64,000 nucleotides of DNA. Origin: the human T2T-CHM13v2.0 reference genome, Homo sapiens. The translations under genes were made by a program, and so were the position numbers. Positions 14,905-27,169 of the stretch are shown here, piece by piece. Positions within the stretch are counted from its first letter, which is position 1; every line of letters begins with the position of its first letter. The notes below the pieces were generated by a model, which was given only the letters and a program-made list of their open reading frames with translations, had not been told where the DNA came from and made no database searches. The DNA is taken from NCBI RefSeq assembly GCF_009914755.1, contig NC_060947.1; one strand, 5' to 3'.

Positions 14905-17900
14905 CTTACTCTGCTTTGTGCTATTTCAAAATTCCAGAGTGGGTAATTTATAAAGAAGATAAGTCTATATTCTCACACTTGTGGAGGCTAGGAATTTCAA
15001 GATCAAGCTATCGGTATTTGTAGATGGTCTTCTCACTGTGTCCTTCCATGGCAGAAGGTGGGAGGGCAAGAGGAAATGAATGCTGTGTCTTCACATGGCA
15101 GAGGAGCAGAAGAGAGCAAACTCACTCCTGCAAGCCCTTCTTATAATGGCATTAATCAATTCATGAGAGTAGGGGCCTCGTGACCTAAACATTTTCCAAA
15201 TGTTCCCACCTCCCAACACCTCCACAGTGGAAATCATGTTTCAAACACATGCCTTCTGAGGGACACATTCAAACTACAGCATTTTGCCCCTGGCCCTCAA
15301 AATTTATGTCCTTCTCATCTGCAAAATATATTCATTTAATTTCAATTGTCCCAAATGTCTTAATTCATTCCAGCATCAACTTAAAATCTAAAGTTCAGAG
15401 TCACATCTAAATATCAAATATGGGTGAGACTCAAGACATGCTTCATCCTTAGGCAAATTTCCCTATAGCATTTTGCTTGCGAAATCAAACAAGTTGCGTA
15501 CTTCCAAGAATACAATGATGGGGCAGGCACAAAACAGATATTTCTAATCCAAAAAGAAGAAACAGGAAAAAAAAAAAAAAAGAGAAACAGGTACCAAGCC
15601 CAAAACTCAACAGGGCAAACATTAAATCCTTTTTTTAAAGCTTTTATTTTAGGTTCAGGTGTACATGTGCAGGTTTGTTATATAGGTAAACTGCATGTCA
15701 TGGGATTTTGGTATACAGAGGATTTTATCACCCAGGCCATACACATAATACATGATAGGTAGTTTTTTTTTTTAAATCCTCTCCCACCTTCCACCCTCCA
15801 CCCTCAAGTAGGTCCTGGTGTCTGTTGTTCCTCTCTTTTGTGTCCATGTATTCTCGTTGTTAAGCTTCCACTTATAAGTGAAAACACACAGTATTTGATT
15901 TTCTGTTCCATTGTTAGTTTGCTTAGGATAATACACTCCAGTTCCATCCATGTTGCTGCAAAGGACATGATCTTATTTTTTATGGCTATATAGTATTCTG
16001 TGATGTATATGTACCACATTTTTAAAAATTCAGTATACTATTGGTGGGCATTTACATTGATTCTGTCTTTGCTATTGTGAATAGTGCTGCAATGAACATA
16101 CAGGTGCATGTGTCTTTACGGTAGAAAGATTTATATTTCTTTGGCTATATACCCAATATTGATATTGCTGGGTTGAATGATAATTCTGCTTTAAGTTCTT
16201 TGAGGACTTACCACACTGTTTTCCACAATGGCTGAACTAATTCACATCCCCACCAACAGTGTATAAGAATTCCGTTTTCTCTGTAACTTCCGAAGCATCT
16301 GTTATTTTTTGACGTTTTAATAACAGCCATTCTAACTACTGTGAGATGGTATCTCATTGTAGTTTTGATTTGCATTTCTCTAATGATTAGTAATGTTAAA
16401 CAGTTTTTTCATGTGCTCATTGGCTGTGTGTATGTCTTTTTTTTCAAAAGTGTCTCTTATGTCCTTTGCCCTCCTTTTAATGAGATTTTTTTTTGCTCAT
16501 AAATTTGTTTAATTTCCTTATATAGCATGGATATTAGACCTTGGTTGGATGCCTAATTTGCAAATATTTTCTCCCATTCTGTAGGTTATCTGTTTAGTTT
16601 GTTGACTGTTTCTTTTGCTGTGCAGAAACTTTCATTTAATTAGTCCCCATTTATTAATTTTTGGTTTCGTTGTAATATATTAAATCTTAACGCTGAAGAA
16701 TTTTTTGACTCTATGCCTAACCTCCTTTAGACACCTAGGTGTAAGGGTTGGGTCCTCAAGGCTTTTGGCAGCCCTGTCCCCATGGTTTCATCCCATGCTT
16801 TAGCACTCACATATTGAAGTCACATGCCTGAAAATTTCTCAGGCAGGCATTAAAAGCTGGTGGCTCTACAAGTTTGGGGTCTTGAAGCCAGCCCTGCCCC
16901 CATGGCTACACTAACTATTGTTCTAGTGGGTGCTTTCTGCAGTGGCTCCTCCCCCATAGCAGATCTCTGCCTGGGTACTAATTCTTTGAAATCCATGTGG
17001 AGGAAGCCATGCTTCTACAGCTTGTGTACTCTGTGCTCCTGTAGAATTAGCACCATATGGAGGCTGCCAATGTTCACTGCTGTGACACCTAGAGTTGCAG
17101 CCAGAGTCATATGTGAGTCAAAATAAGCCATAGCTGGGGTAGCCAAGGAGCACTGCACCATAATGTGGGGAGAAGAGACCCAAAACAGCCATGGGCAGGG
17201 AACACCTTCTGCCCCTAAGGCCCCAGCACTCTAGACCTGTAATGAATATGATAGTCCTGAAGATCTCTGAAAAGCCTTTGAAGTCATTCTCCCATTGAAT
17301 TGATGAATGACATCTGGCTTCCTTCTGCCTGTACTAATCTCCTTATCAAGTGATTGATTGTCCTCACCCTTGGCTTTCTCTCCTAAACGCACTTTTTTAT
17401 TCTTTCACTGCCAGGCTGAGAAATTTCCAAATCTGTATGTTCGGCTTCTCTCTTGATTATAAATTTATTCTCTAAATCATTTCCCTTTTCTTACATTTTA
17501 CTTTAAGCAATTAAGAGAAGCCACACAGCACCCTGAGAACTTTGCTGCTTAGAGATTTCTTCTGCCATATATTTTAGCTCATCAATCTTAAGTTCTGTCT
17601 TTCACAGAATTTTAGAGCAGGAACACAACTCATCCAAATTCTTATGCCACCTTGTTACAAGGATGACCTTTCCTCAATTTTCAATAAGATATTCCTCATT
17701 TCTATCTAAGACCTCATAAGAATGGCCTTTATTGTCCGTATTTTTACCAACATTTTGTTAATAGCTATGTAAATAATTTCTAAGATTCAGGCTTTCTCTA
17801 CAGCTTTCCCCTTCTTCTGAGCCCTCAATGGAATCACCCTTAATAGCTCCATTCAAGGAAATTCACGCTTTTTCTAGCTTGTTCCTCCAAATTCTTCCAG

Positions 17901-17979
17901 CCTCTGCCTGTTACCCAGTTCCAAAGCTTCTTCCACAATTTTAGGATTTGTTATAAGAACGCTCCACTTTTCCGGTACC
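14905..17979 (-). mobile_element. MSTD/MLT1A-like LTR (14905-15281) plus internal sequence; second LTR missing
   Basis: LTR terminus GGACACATTCAAACTACAGCA followed by MaLR internal sequence ending CCACTTTTCCGGTACC. Confidence 0.75.
15630..16675 (-). mobile_element. 5'-truncated L1PA15/16-like 3' fragment within MaLR internal sequence
   Basis: T-rich tail at left and L1 ORF2 C-terminal/3'UTR homology (15804-16019). Confidence 0.88.
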
Positions 17980-20490
17980 TGTGAAAGTTATCTTATTTGG
18001 AAACAGGTAATTAAGGCTTTTAAGATGAGATCATGCTAGAGTTAGGATGTGCCCTATATCCAGCAGTGTCCCTATGTGAGACAGCAAAGAAGAAAACAGA
18101 GAGACGCAAATGGGGAAAGGTCATGTAAAGATGAAGGCAGAGATTGGAATAATTCATTGACAAATTGAGGAACATCAAGTATTGTCTGCATTCACTAGAA
18201 GCTGGAAGGAAAATTCAAGAAATAAATTGTCCTCTAGAGCCTTTGGAACAAGCATAGCTGTACCAACACTTTGATTTCAGACTTCTAACCTCCAGAACCG
18301 TGATAAAATTGCTTTCTGTTGTTCTAAGCCACCTAGTTTGTGGAACTTTGTCAGAGCAACCCTAGGAAACATACAGATTTTGGTTGTTGGATGTTGTGTG
18401 GTGCTGTAAAAAATACCTAAAAATGTGAAAGTGGCTTTGACATTGGATAATGGGTAGAGGCTAGAGAAATTTTGAGACACATAATACAATATGCCTAGAT
18501 TACCTTGAAGAGATTTTTGGTACAATTATAGACATTAAAGAATATTCAAGTGAGGGGTCAGAAGGAAATGAGGAGGAGTATAGAGAAAGCTTCTATCATC
18601 TTAAAAAATGTATGTCATCACGAACCAAATGTTAGTATGAATGTTAAGAGTGCTTCTGGTGAGGTCTCAGAAGGAAATGAGGAATACATTATTGGAAACT
18701 GTAGGAAAGGTGATCCCTGTTATAAAGTGATACAAAGATGATTGGATTGTATTCTATTGATGGGTGGAAAGCAGAGCTTATAAGTGATGAACCTGGGTTT
18801 TTAGCTCAAGAGATTTTCAAGCAAAGTGTTTCAGCAATTACCTGCTTTCTTCTTGCTGATTCTAGTGAAATGTGAGGAAAAAGAGACATAAATTGAGGAA
18901 GAAAGTGTTAAGAAAAAATAAACCAGCAGTTGACGTTTTGGGAAATTCATAGGCTATCCAGATTGCAAAAGTTGCTGATATGAAAGGATGTCAGCAAGAT
19001 GGCAGAATAGAGTTTCTAGCCCTCAAATCCCCACAGGAACATTGATTTTAGACTCCCTGGTCAAGAAGCATGTGTTGGAAAGAAGGCCTAGAGTGTAGTT
19101 GAAACAGCTTTGCTTAGGAAATTATGTATATGATACATGCACCCAATCAATACTCTCAGTAGAAGCCAGGAAGAGTGACGGAGTTATCCAGGAAGGATCT
19201 ATGAAGAACCATCTCATCTAATAGGGTATATCCACTTGATAGCCATGGGAGAATAATGAGGTTTTTCAGAAGGTTGTATCAGCAAAAACTTTGCCAAATT
19301 GAACTAAACGAGAAAGAGAGAAAGAACTAAGTGAAAGAGGGCAACAGGACATCTAACCTTCCTCAAGAAGGAAATGGGCTGATATAGCTGCTCTTTAAGA
19401 AAAAGGAAAAAAATGACTGAGGAGAGCCACAGATGCAGAGACAGAGGACAAAGAGGCAAGTCCAAGGACAAGGCAGAGGCAGAGGCCGACTGAGCCCTTT
19501 CTGTGGGCCCAGAAGTAGGGGTCAAAAGTGAAGCCACCACTGGTTCAGAGAACAGTCATCCCAGGCCCAGATGGTCGAGGGTTGAGGCACAGGATTATTT
19601 TCAGGCCTTGAAACTTGACATAATTTACCTTGCTAGATTTCAAATTTTCCTGTGGCTAGTGACCTTTTTATTTGTTTTTATAACTTTCCCTTTTGGAATG
19701 GGAATATCCTTATATCTGTTCCATCATTCCATCATTTTGTTCTGACAGTAAACAACTTGTTTTCAAGGTTCACAAGTCCACAGAGGGTGAGAAATTTTGA
19801 ATGGCCAAATTCATACTCTCACCTATACCTGATACGGATGATGTAGAAGGTGATATTTGGGTGAGTTAGAATGTGATATTTAGACTCATTAAAATATTAT
19901 CAGCTCAGCTATTAGCTGAGATATTTAGATAAGTTTCGACTTAGAGTGGGTGCTATAGATGAGTTAAGAATTTCCAACATCAGAATTGCGTGAACATATT
20001 TTGCATTTGCAATAAACATAAATTTTAGCGGACAAGGGGGTGGACTACAAGGGATTGAATAGTGACTTCCAAAAGATATGTTCAAGTCCTAATTCCTAGC
20101 ACTTTTGAACACGACATTTTCTGGAAATAGACACTTTGCAGATGTGATGAAGTAAATGATCTCTCCATGAGACAATCCTGGATTTAGGATGAGCCCTATA
20201 TCCAATCACAATGTCCCCATAAGAAACAGAAAAGTAGAAGACAGAGACAAACAAGATGGGGAAACCCATGTGAAGACAAAGGCAGAGACTGGAGTGGTGC
20301 GTCTATAAGCCAAGAAACACCAATGAGTGTTTGCATTATCAGAAGCTGAGTCAAGAACAGATTGTCTCTTAGATCTTTCAGATAAAGTGGATTCCTGCCA
20401 ACATTTTGATTGTAAACTTCTGGCCTCCAGAACTCTAAGAAGATGAGTTTCTTTTGCTGTAAGCCACCTAGTTTTTGGTAAGAAACTAAT
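17972..20490 (+). mobile_element. MLT1C-like provirus: 5'-truncated LTR 17972-18375, internal, LTR ~20046-20490
   Basis: Two related LTRs (AAGGCAGAGA(T/C)TGGA...CCTCCAGAAC...AAGCCACCTAGTTT) flanking MaLR internal sequence. Confidence 0.78.
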
Positions 20491-20884
20491 TGCTATGGTT
20501 TGTATATTTGATTCCTCCAAATCTCATGTTGAAATTTGAACCCCAGTGTTGGCGGTTGGGCCTAATTAGAGGTGTTTGGGTCACAAGAGCACATGTGGCT
20601 TGGGTCTTCGCAGAAATGAATTTAGTTCTCGCTCTATCAGTTCCTGCAAGAACTGGTTGTTCAAAAGAGTCTGGCACCTCTCTCCCCTCTCTTACTTCCT
20701 GCGATGTGATCTTTCTGCAGCAGCTCCGCCCTGAGTGGAAGCACCTTGTGGCTCTCACCAGATGCAGGTGCCAGCACTGCGCTTATCTTACAGCCTGAAA
20801 AACCATGACCCAATGGAAACTTTTTCATTTCTAAATTGCCCAAACATAGGTATTCCTTTATAGCAACACAAATGGAGTAAGACA
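20491..20884 (+). mobile_element. MSTB solo LTR
   Basis: TGCTATGGTTTG...AATGGAGTAAGACA, 5-bp TSD CTAAT on both sides. Confidence 0.88.
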
Positions 20885-20894
20885 CTAATAAAAT

Positions 20895-20990
20895 ATCTAA
20901 TCAGCAGGGTTATTGTGGAGATTAAATGAGACAATATATGCAAAATACCTGTACAATAAGCATGTAATCAATAGCAGTGATTATTACTAG
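20895..20990 (+). mobile_element. MIR fragment
   Basis: MIR core GGGTTATTGTGGAGATTAAATGAGA. Confidence 0.65.
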
Positions 20991-21091
20991 CATGGGAAAA
21001 TTGATTAATAAACCAAATTATTTGTTTAAGTAAGACAATCAATATGATAATCATAAGAGTGCTAAAAGCATGAGATAAAAGTTATCACTTG
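20991..21091 (-). pseudogene. Possible S6 exon remnant, channel unit 2
   Basis: Acceptor ttcatttttattggcag; hydrophobic TLMIIILIVLLKQIIWFINQF resembles unit-1 ALMEMILV. Confidence 0.35.
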
Positions 21092-21182
21092 CTGCCAATA
21101 AAAATGAATATACATTAAGGATACAATAAACTTTCTTTACATGGTAAAGAATAACTATTCCCAAAGAAGAGTAGTGATATAC

Positions 21183-21625
21183 TTAATATTGCTTATTTCC
21201 TATACAAATAAGAGACTTGACCAGTGAAAAATAGGAAGAAAATACTGTTATTTTAAAAAGTCATTTTCTGAAATATCTGAAATGCTTATTTCAGCAAGCC
21301 ATGTTGTGTTATTTAACAAATAATTATACATGGGAAACATAGAACTTAAATATGAGGGATTAATTGGGTAATATCAATGATGACAGTTCTGATACATTAG
21401 CATAATGCTTCTATCTGCATTGCACAGATGGATCTGCCAAGAGTTTCAAAAAATTGCTGTGAGAGTTTCAGGTCACTTTTTTGTAGCTTGGCATTATTTG
21501 TTAGTGATTTGTATAATTTTGGCCAATACAGTGAACCCCGAAGAAGTAAATACATGAAAAGGTATTTTAATAGAAGCAACTTGTATGTTCTTATTTGCTG
21601 ATAGCTTGAATGAGTGACAGAATAC
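21183..21625 (-). pseudogene. HCN-like channel unit 2, S4-S5-pore exon remnant
   Basis: Acceptor attcttttag|GTAT. Peptides YLLLRGSLYWPKLY, TQLIP, NTTWL and QYF/SYFSLVKSLICIG (1-nt frameshift), with the same spacing as HCN QYSYALFKAMSHMLCIG. Donor-like gtatat. Confidence 0.68.
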
Positions 21626-21766
21626 CTAAAAGAATTATCTATAAAACTGTCACTTTGTTATATGGTAACATACATATTCAGAAAATACCAATAAATTCCA
21701 ACAAAATTTGTTTTAAAACACAATAATATTCTTCTTTACATTAAGTTAAATATAAGCATGTGAGAC

Positions 21767-21881
21767 TTTAAAAGTCAGAAAATACTACAGCAACAGGGGA
21801 AATCAACTGCAGCAGATGTTGGACTATAGAGGACTGTAGAAAATATATTAATAATTGCAGAGGAAAAGAGGTTGTGTTGTC
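21767..21881 (-). pseudogene. HCN-like channel unit 2, S2-S3 linker/S3 exon remnant
   Basis: Acceptor caatttttag|GAC; YFLQSSIVQHLLQLISPVAVVF vs HCN [21 protein letters not shown]. Confidence 0.55.
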
Positions 21882-21894
21882 CTAAAAATTGAAC

Positions 21895-22860
21895 TGATTT
21901 TATATTGTTTAAATATGGATTAAAATAAGACATCTCAAAGTAATATAAAAATACACTATTTAACGAAGAGTTTTCAGATAATTGGATAGTATCTTTAAGA
22001 AAAAATTGATTTAAAAAATTATGTTTAGACACATATTTTATATCAAATCCAAATAAACTCAAGAAGAATTAAGTAATTACACAATATGTTATGCCATAGA
22101 AAAGCTAGCAGAAGACAGAATAAGTTATATATAAACTCCTTAGATGTCTAAAAACCTTCTACAATTCGAAGCAATGAGAAAAATTTACAAGGGAAGATTG
22201 ACATATTCAATTTTATAAAATGTGAGACAGCTATTCAACAGAACATGAAATGAAAATAAAACAGAAAACTATATACTGGTATCAAGTATGACAGATCAAA
22301 GATTAACACTAGTAATGAACAAAAAGAGGATACTAATTCATAGGCATATAATTCAGATGCCAATGAATAAAGGAAATGAACAGACAGTAAAATAGAAAAT
22401 AGTAAACAAAGAGAACATAAGAAAAATATTCAGCCTCACTAAAAATAAAGCAATGTAACTTGAAACAATAATGAGATGCCATTTATACCTATTAAATTAG
22501 AAAAATTGACTGTACTCAAGGAAGGTAAGCCTGTGATTAAATTAGTACACTAATGCCCTGGCACAGTGTAAACTGTTATAACAAGTAAAGCAATTTGGCA
22601 ATATATATCAAGAGACACAAAATTTTGACCACTTATTTTACTCTTGGAAATGTAGCCTATGGAAATATTTGTTAGGGCATTATCTGTAATAGCAAAGATT
22701 GGGAACCGAGATACATGTCCAGAAATAGTTAAATAAGTAAATTACAGCATAGAAAGTAGGCATTAAATTATAATTGTAAATATAACAGTATGGAAAACAT
22801 GTTTAAGGAATTACTAAGTAAAACTAAGATATCATTTAGAGAACAATAAATACATAAATA
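21895..22860 (+). mobile_element. Ancient L1M(E)-like fragments
   Basis: Degenerate L1 3' motifs (AACAATAATGAGATGCCATTT, GCAATTTGGCAATATATATCAA). Confidence 0.55.
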
Positions 22861-22959
22861 AAAATATGAGAGTGCATATGTGAATTTAACAATTATTTAT
22901 TCTAACAATCTGAATTTGACTCTTGGGAGTTGTGCTTAGTATGCAACTACATATATTAA

Positions 22960-23374
22960 CACTTGTAATCAAGGTATGAAACTAAACAACCAGCTTTGAG
23001 TTTTAAAAAACTAATTGCATTAAACAGAAGGATAACATATTATCTAACATATCTTCCCTGATATAAGCCACTATTACCTGTATGCCTAGGCAATGAACAT
23101 TAGAAATATCTTGAAGAAAATATCTAATTCCTTTTAAGCATCAGTGAAAATATTTGTGTAATTGATTTTTCATCATCTTCAACTTAGTGCTTCAACATTT
23201 TGTTTACTTTAGTAGTATTAAAACATTATTTCTATGACTTGCAGAACGATTGTATAATCATTAATTGTTGATGTTAGCATGGTTTAACATAGTTGTTACA
23301 ATTTGAAATATGCAGTTCATTTAAAATATGTAAATTAGTCTTCACTTTTCTGTCTTTGGAGTATTGATTTCTAG
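22960..23374 (-). pseudogene. HCN-like channel unit 2, HCN-domain/S1/S2 exon remnant
   Basis: Acceptor tttccaactttattcacatag. IMF..SKQNVE (HCN RMFGSQKAVE), FTDA*KELDIFFKIFLM (YSDFRFYWDLIMLIMM), LLFNAIS (IIFNVAS), KLVV*FHT (DLIMNFRT), across frameshifts. Confidence 0.6.
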
Positions 23375-23909
23375 CTATGTGAATAAAGTTGGAAACTTAA
23401 TCAATATGTGCAACAAAGAATTCCAGTTGGTGTAGATATAAACACTTAATCTCAAACCACAGTATTACCTATTTAAAAGGAGGCTGTCTTAATGTCTAGA
23501 TATATGCTCTAAAATAGACAAAGCATTCAACTGATTGATATGTTTAAGCTTTCAAAGATTTTGATTTTCTTTATTTTTAAAATAGAACAACAACAAAAGT
23601 AGCCCATTTGTAGCTCTTGATCTATGACAACATTTGTGGCAGGTCTGTTACAGTTCTGTGTCCACTACCCTTAGCCTCACAATCTCAGTTGTCCTCAACT
23701 CTTATTGCTGCAAGTAAAGATGGTGGCAGAGAGGTACATGAAGTAGTTTCAAAGTAAGTCTCCTTCAGAGAATAAAGAAATAAGGAAGGAAGGAAGGAAA
23801 GAAAAAGAAGGAAAGAAGGTAGGAGCATGATATACTCATTAAAGTTATGGATTCTAAAACTACGTTGCTGTAGTGCGAATATTATTTATTTAATTTTGTA
23901 GTAATTTAC

Positions 23910-24036
23910 CCTGAGCAAGTTACTGTTTGCACCAAATATTTTACAGATTCCATTAAAAAGGTTTCCTCTTTTGCTGGCTGCATCTTCTGCTGTTAGACCT
24001 CTTTCGTTTTTCTTCTGTGTGAGCCTCAGTTACTTA
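23910..24036 (-). pseudogene. Candidate exon between the two channel units (linker or first exon of unit 2)
   Basis: Non-repeat island ending in donor CAGG|gtaaat; no family motif recognised. Confidence 0.3.
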
Positions 24037-24140
24037 ATAAGCCATAAAAATATGTTTGCTACTATCATTAAGGAAAAGTAGCAATTCAGATGGATTCTAC
24101 AGTTTTCATATAAATATTTTTCATTATACAGATATAATTA

Positions 24141-27132
24141 TTTTTAAACTGCTTTTGTTGAGATACAATTGACATACAAAAAGTTATAGATATTTAATAT
24201 ATACAACTTGGTGAGTTTGGAGATAAGTACAAACCTATGATACCATCATCACAATCAATGCAAGAGCCTTATCCATCATTCCAAAAGTGCCCTCCCACAT
24301 CTCTGTATTTTTTAGTTTAGCTTAGTTTAGTTTTTCCGTTTTGTGGTAAGACCACTTAAAATAAGATCTATCCTTTTAGCAAAATGTTAAGTACACCTTA
24401 TAGTAATCTTAATCATAGGCCCTATGCTGTATAGTAGATCTCCAAAAATTATTTGTTTTGCATAATTGAAACTTTGTACCTTTTGACCAAGACCTTCCAA
24501 TTTTTCCCAACCTCCAACTTCTGGACACCATTATTTTACTTTATGCTTCTATGAGTTTTGCTATTTTTAATTCCATATGTAAGTAAGTTCATGTGGTATT
24601 TGTTTTTCTGTGTCTTGCTTATTTCACTTAACATAATGTCTTCCAGGCCCATCTATGTTGTCCTAAATTATAGGATTTTCTTCTTTTTAAAGGCTGTTTT
24701 GTATTGTATGTATATATCATATATTTTATCCATTCATCTGTTGATGGATATTTAGGTTGTTTCCATATCTTGGCTATTGTGAATAATGCTGGAATCAAAA
24801 GGACTGCAGCTATCTCTATGAGATCCAGATTTCAATTCCTTTGTATATATACTGACAAGTAGCATTCCTGAATCAAATGGTAAGCAAACTGAATACAACA
24901 GCACATTAGGATCATACACTATGACCAAGTAGGATTTATTTTTGTGATGCAAGGATGGTTCAAGATATGTAAATTAATCAATGTGATAACACCACATTAA
25001 AAGAATAAAAGATTAAAATCACACAATCATATAAATAGAAGGCATTTGACAAAGTTCAATGCTCTTTCATACAAAAAATTCTCAACAACTTAGGTACAGA
25101 AGGAACTTCAATACAATAAAGACCACTTATGAAATCCTGCAGCAAGCATTTTAGTTAACAGTGAAAAGCTGAAAGCTTTCACTCTAAGATCTGGGAAAAC
25201 ACAAGTATGTCTTCTCTCACTTTTTCTATTCAATATACTACTGGGAGTTCTAGCTAGAGAAGTTAGGCAATAAAAAATAAAGGGAACTACATTATAAAAA
25301 GGGAAAACAATCTCTGCTTGAAGATGACATAATCTTATATGTAGAAAACCCTAAAAACTCCACAAAAGAAAAAAGCAGATAGAACTAATAAGCAAATTTA
25401 GTGAAGTCACAGGATACAAAAATCAACATACAAAAATGAGTTGTGTTTCTATACACTAACAATGACCTACTCAAAAAGAAAATTAAGAAAACAGTTTCAT
25501 TTATAACAATATCAAAGAAGATAAGTTAATTAGGAATAAATTTAAGAAGTGAAAAACTGGTATACTGAGAACTATAACACTGATAAAAGAAATAAAGAAA
25601 CAAATAAATGGAAGGACATCCCTTGGTAGAATAAGTATTGATAAAATGTCCATAAATCCCAAAGCAATCTACAGATTTAATGCAATTCTTATCAAAATCT
25701 CAATGGCATACTTTACAGAGATGGAAAAAACAATTCTAAAATATATATGTGACCACAAGAAAACCCCAGCAAGCCAAAGCAATTGTAAGCAAGAAGAACG
25801 AAACTGGAGGTATCAAACTCCCTGATTTCAAAACACGTTACAAAGCTATAGTAAGCAAAACAGTCTAATACTGGCATAAAAACAAATATGTAGACCAATG
25901 TAACAGAATACAGAGTCCAGAAATAAACCCACACATATATGGTCACCTGGTCTTCAACAAGGTTGTCAAGAATACACAATGGGAAAAAGCTTGTCTATTC
26001 AATAAATGGTGCTGGGAAATGGAATATCCACATTCAGAAGAAATAAATTGGACCCTTATCTCACAGCATGTGCAAAAATCAATTCAAAATGGATTAAAGA
26101 CTTAAGCATAAAACTTGACACAATACAACTCTTAGAAGAAATCAAGGAAAATGCTGCTAGACTTTGTTCTTGGCAATGATTTTATCAATATGACACCAAA
26201 AGCACAGGCAGCAAAAGCAATAATAAACAAATGGGCATAGGTCAAACATAAAGCTTCTGCAGAGCAAAAGGGGCTTTCAAAAAATAATAATAAATAGAAA
26301 AAAGTAAAGTCTTTGGTAGTTTCTACCCACTCAGATCCTGGAAGGCAGCAAGGTTTTGTGGATCTAGATTCATTAGGAATGTCTTCTTGTCAGCCAGGCC
26401 AGGATCCGGTCTTGCCAAGAGCAGAGGCCCTCCCAGCAACCAGGCTACCACCACTTTGAGGGCTTTCTGTACAGAGATCTGGGTCTGAAACCTCATAGCC
26501 TGCAGAAATCTGGGGCAGCCACCATCAGGAAGCCCCTCTCAGGGGTCAGAACTCCTTTGCTAGCGTGGATTTCTCAAGTCGGGACTGCATAATTAAAGCA
26601 GTTACAGTTTTATTTTTTTTACAGCTTTTTTCCCAAAAATGATTTGTAGTTGTGTGTGCGGCACTTTGCCCTGAAATGCATGCTCTACAATAAAAACCAA
26701 ATCTAATATAAAGAAAGAAACAATTAAAAGAAAAAGGCAGTTTACCGTATGGGAGAAAATATTTGATGACCATATATCTGATAAGGGATTAATATCTAAA
26801 ATATGTAAGGAACTCCTACAAGTCAATAGCAAAAAAAAAAAAAAAAAAGAAAAAAGAAAAAGAAGAAAAAACAAAATAACCCATTTTAAAAAGGGGTGAA
26901 AGACTTGAATGGGCATTTTTCCAAAGAAGATACAACAATGGGCAACAGATACATGAAAACATTCTCAAGATCACTAATCATCAAGGAAATGTAAAGTAAA
27001 TCCACAATGAGATATAATCACACACTTGTTAAAATGGCTATGATCAAAAAGACAAGAGATAAAAAGAGCTGGTGATGGTCTAGACCAAAGGGAACCCTTG
27101 TACAATTTTAGTGGAAATGTTATTTGGTACAG
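24141..27132 (-). mobile_element. L1MA9/MB-like element with 5' inversion (3' part 24141-24880 minus; inverted part 24881-27132 plus)
   Basis: Segments are near-contiguous in L1 coordinates; degenerate TSD cagatataattatttttaaact / cagttacaattattttaaact. Confidence 0.8.
26271..26712 (+). pseudogene. Retrocopied mRNA 3'UTR fragment (recalled as PCBP2 3' end) inside L1
   Basis: Non-L1 insert splitting GCAAAAG/AAACAAT of the L1; AATAAA at 26689-26694 then a short A-rich tail; source gene identified from memory only. Confidence 0.6.
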
Positions 27133-27169
27133 TTACAATTATTTTAAACTTCTTATTATAAATTCTTTT

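Noticed and set aside
21397-21579. 60-aa ORF as an independent small gene
   Set aside because: Better explained as a stop-free stretch of the decayed S4 exon.
23930-24025. KNERGLTAEDAASKRGN as an ankyrin repeat
   Set aside because: Single short match with no flanking repeats or supporting exons; probably chance.
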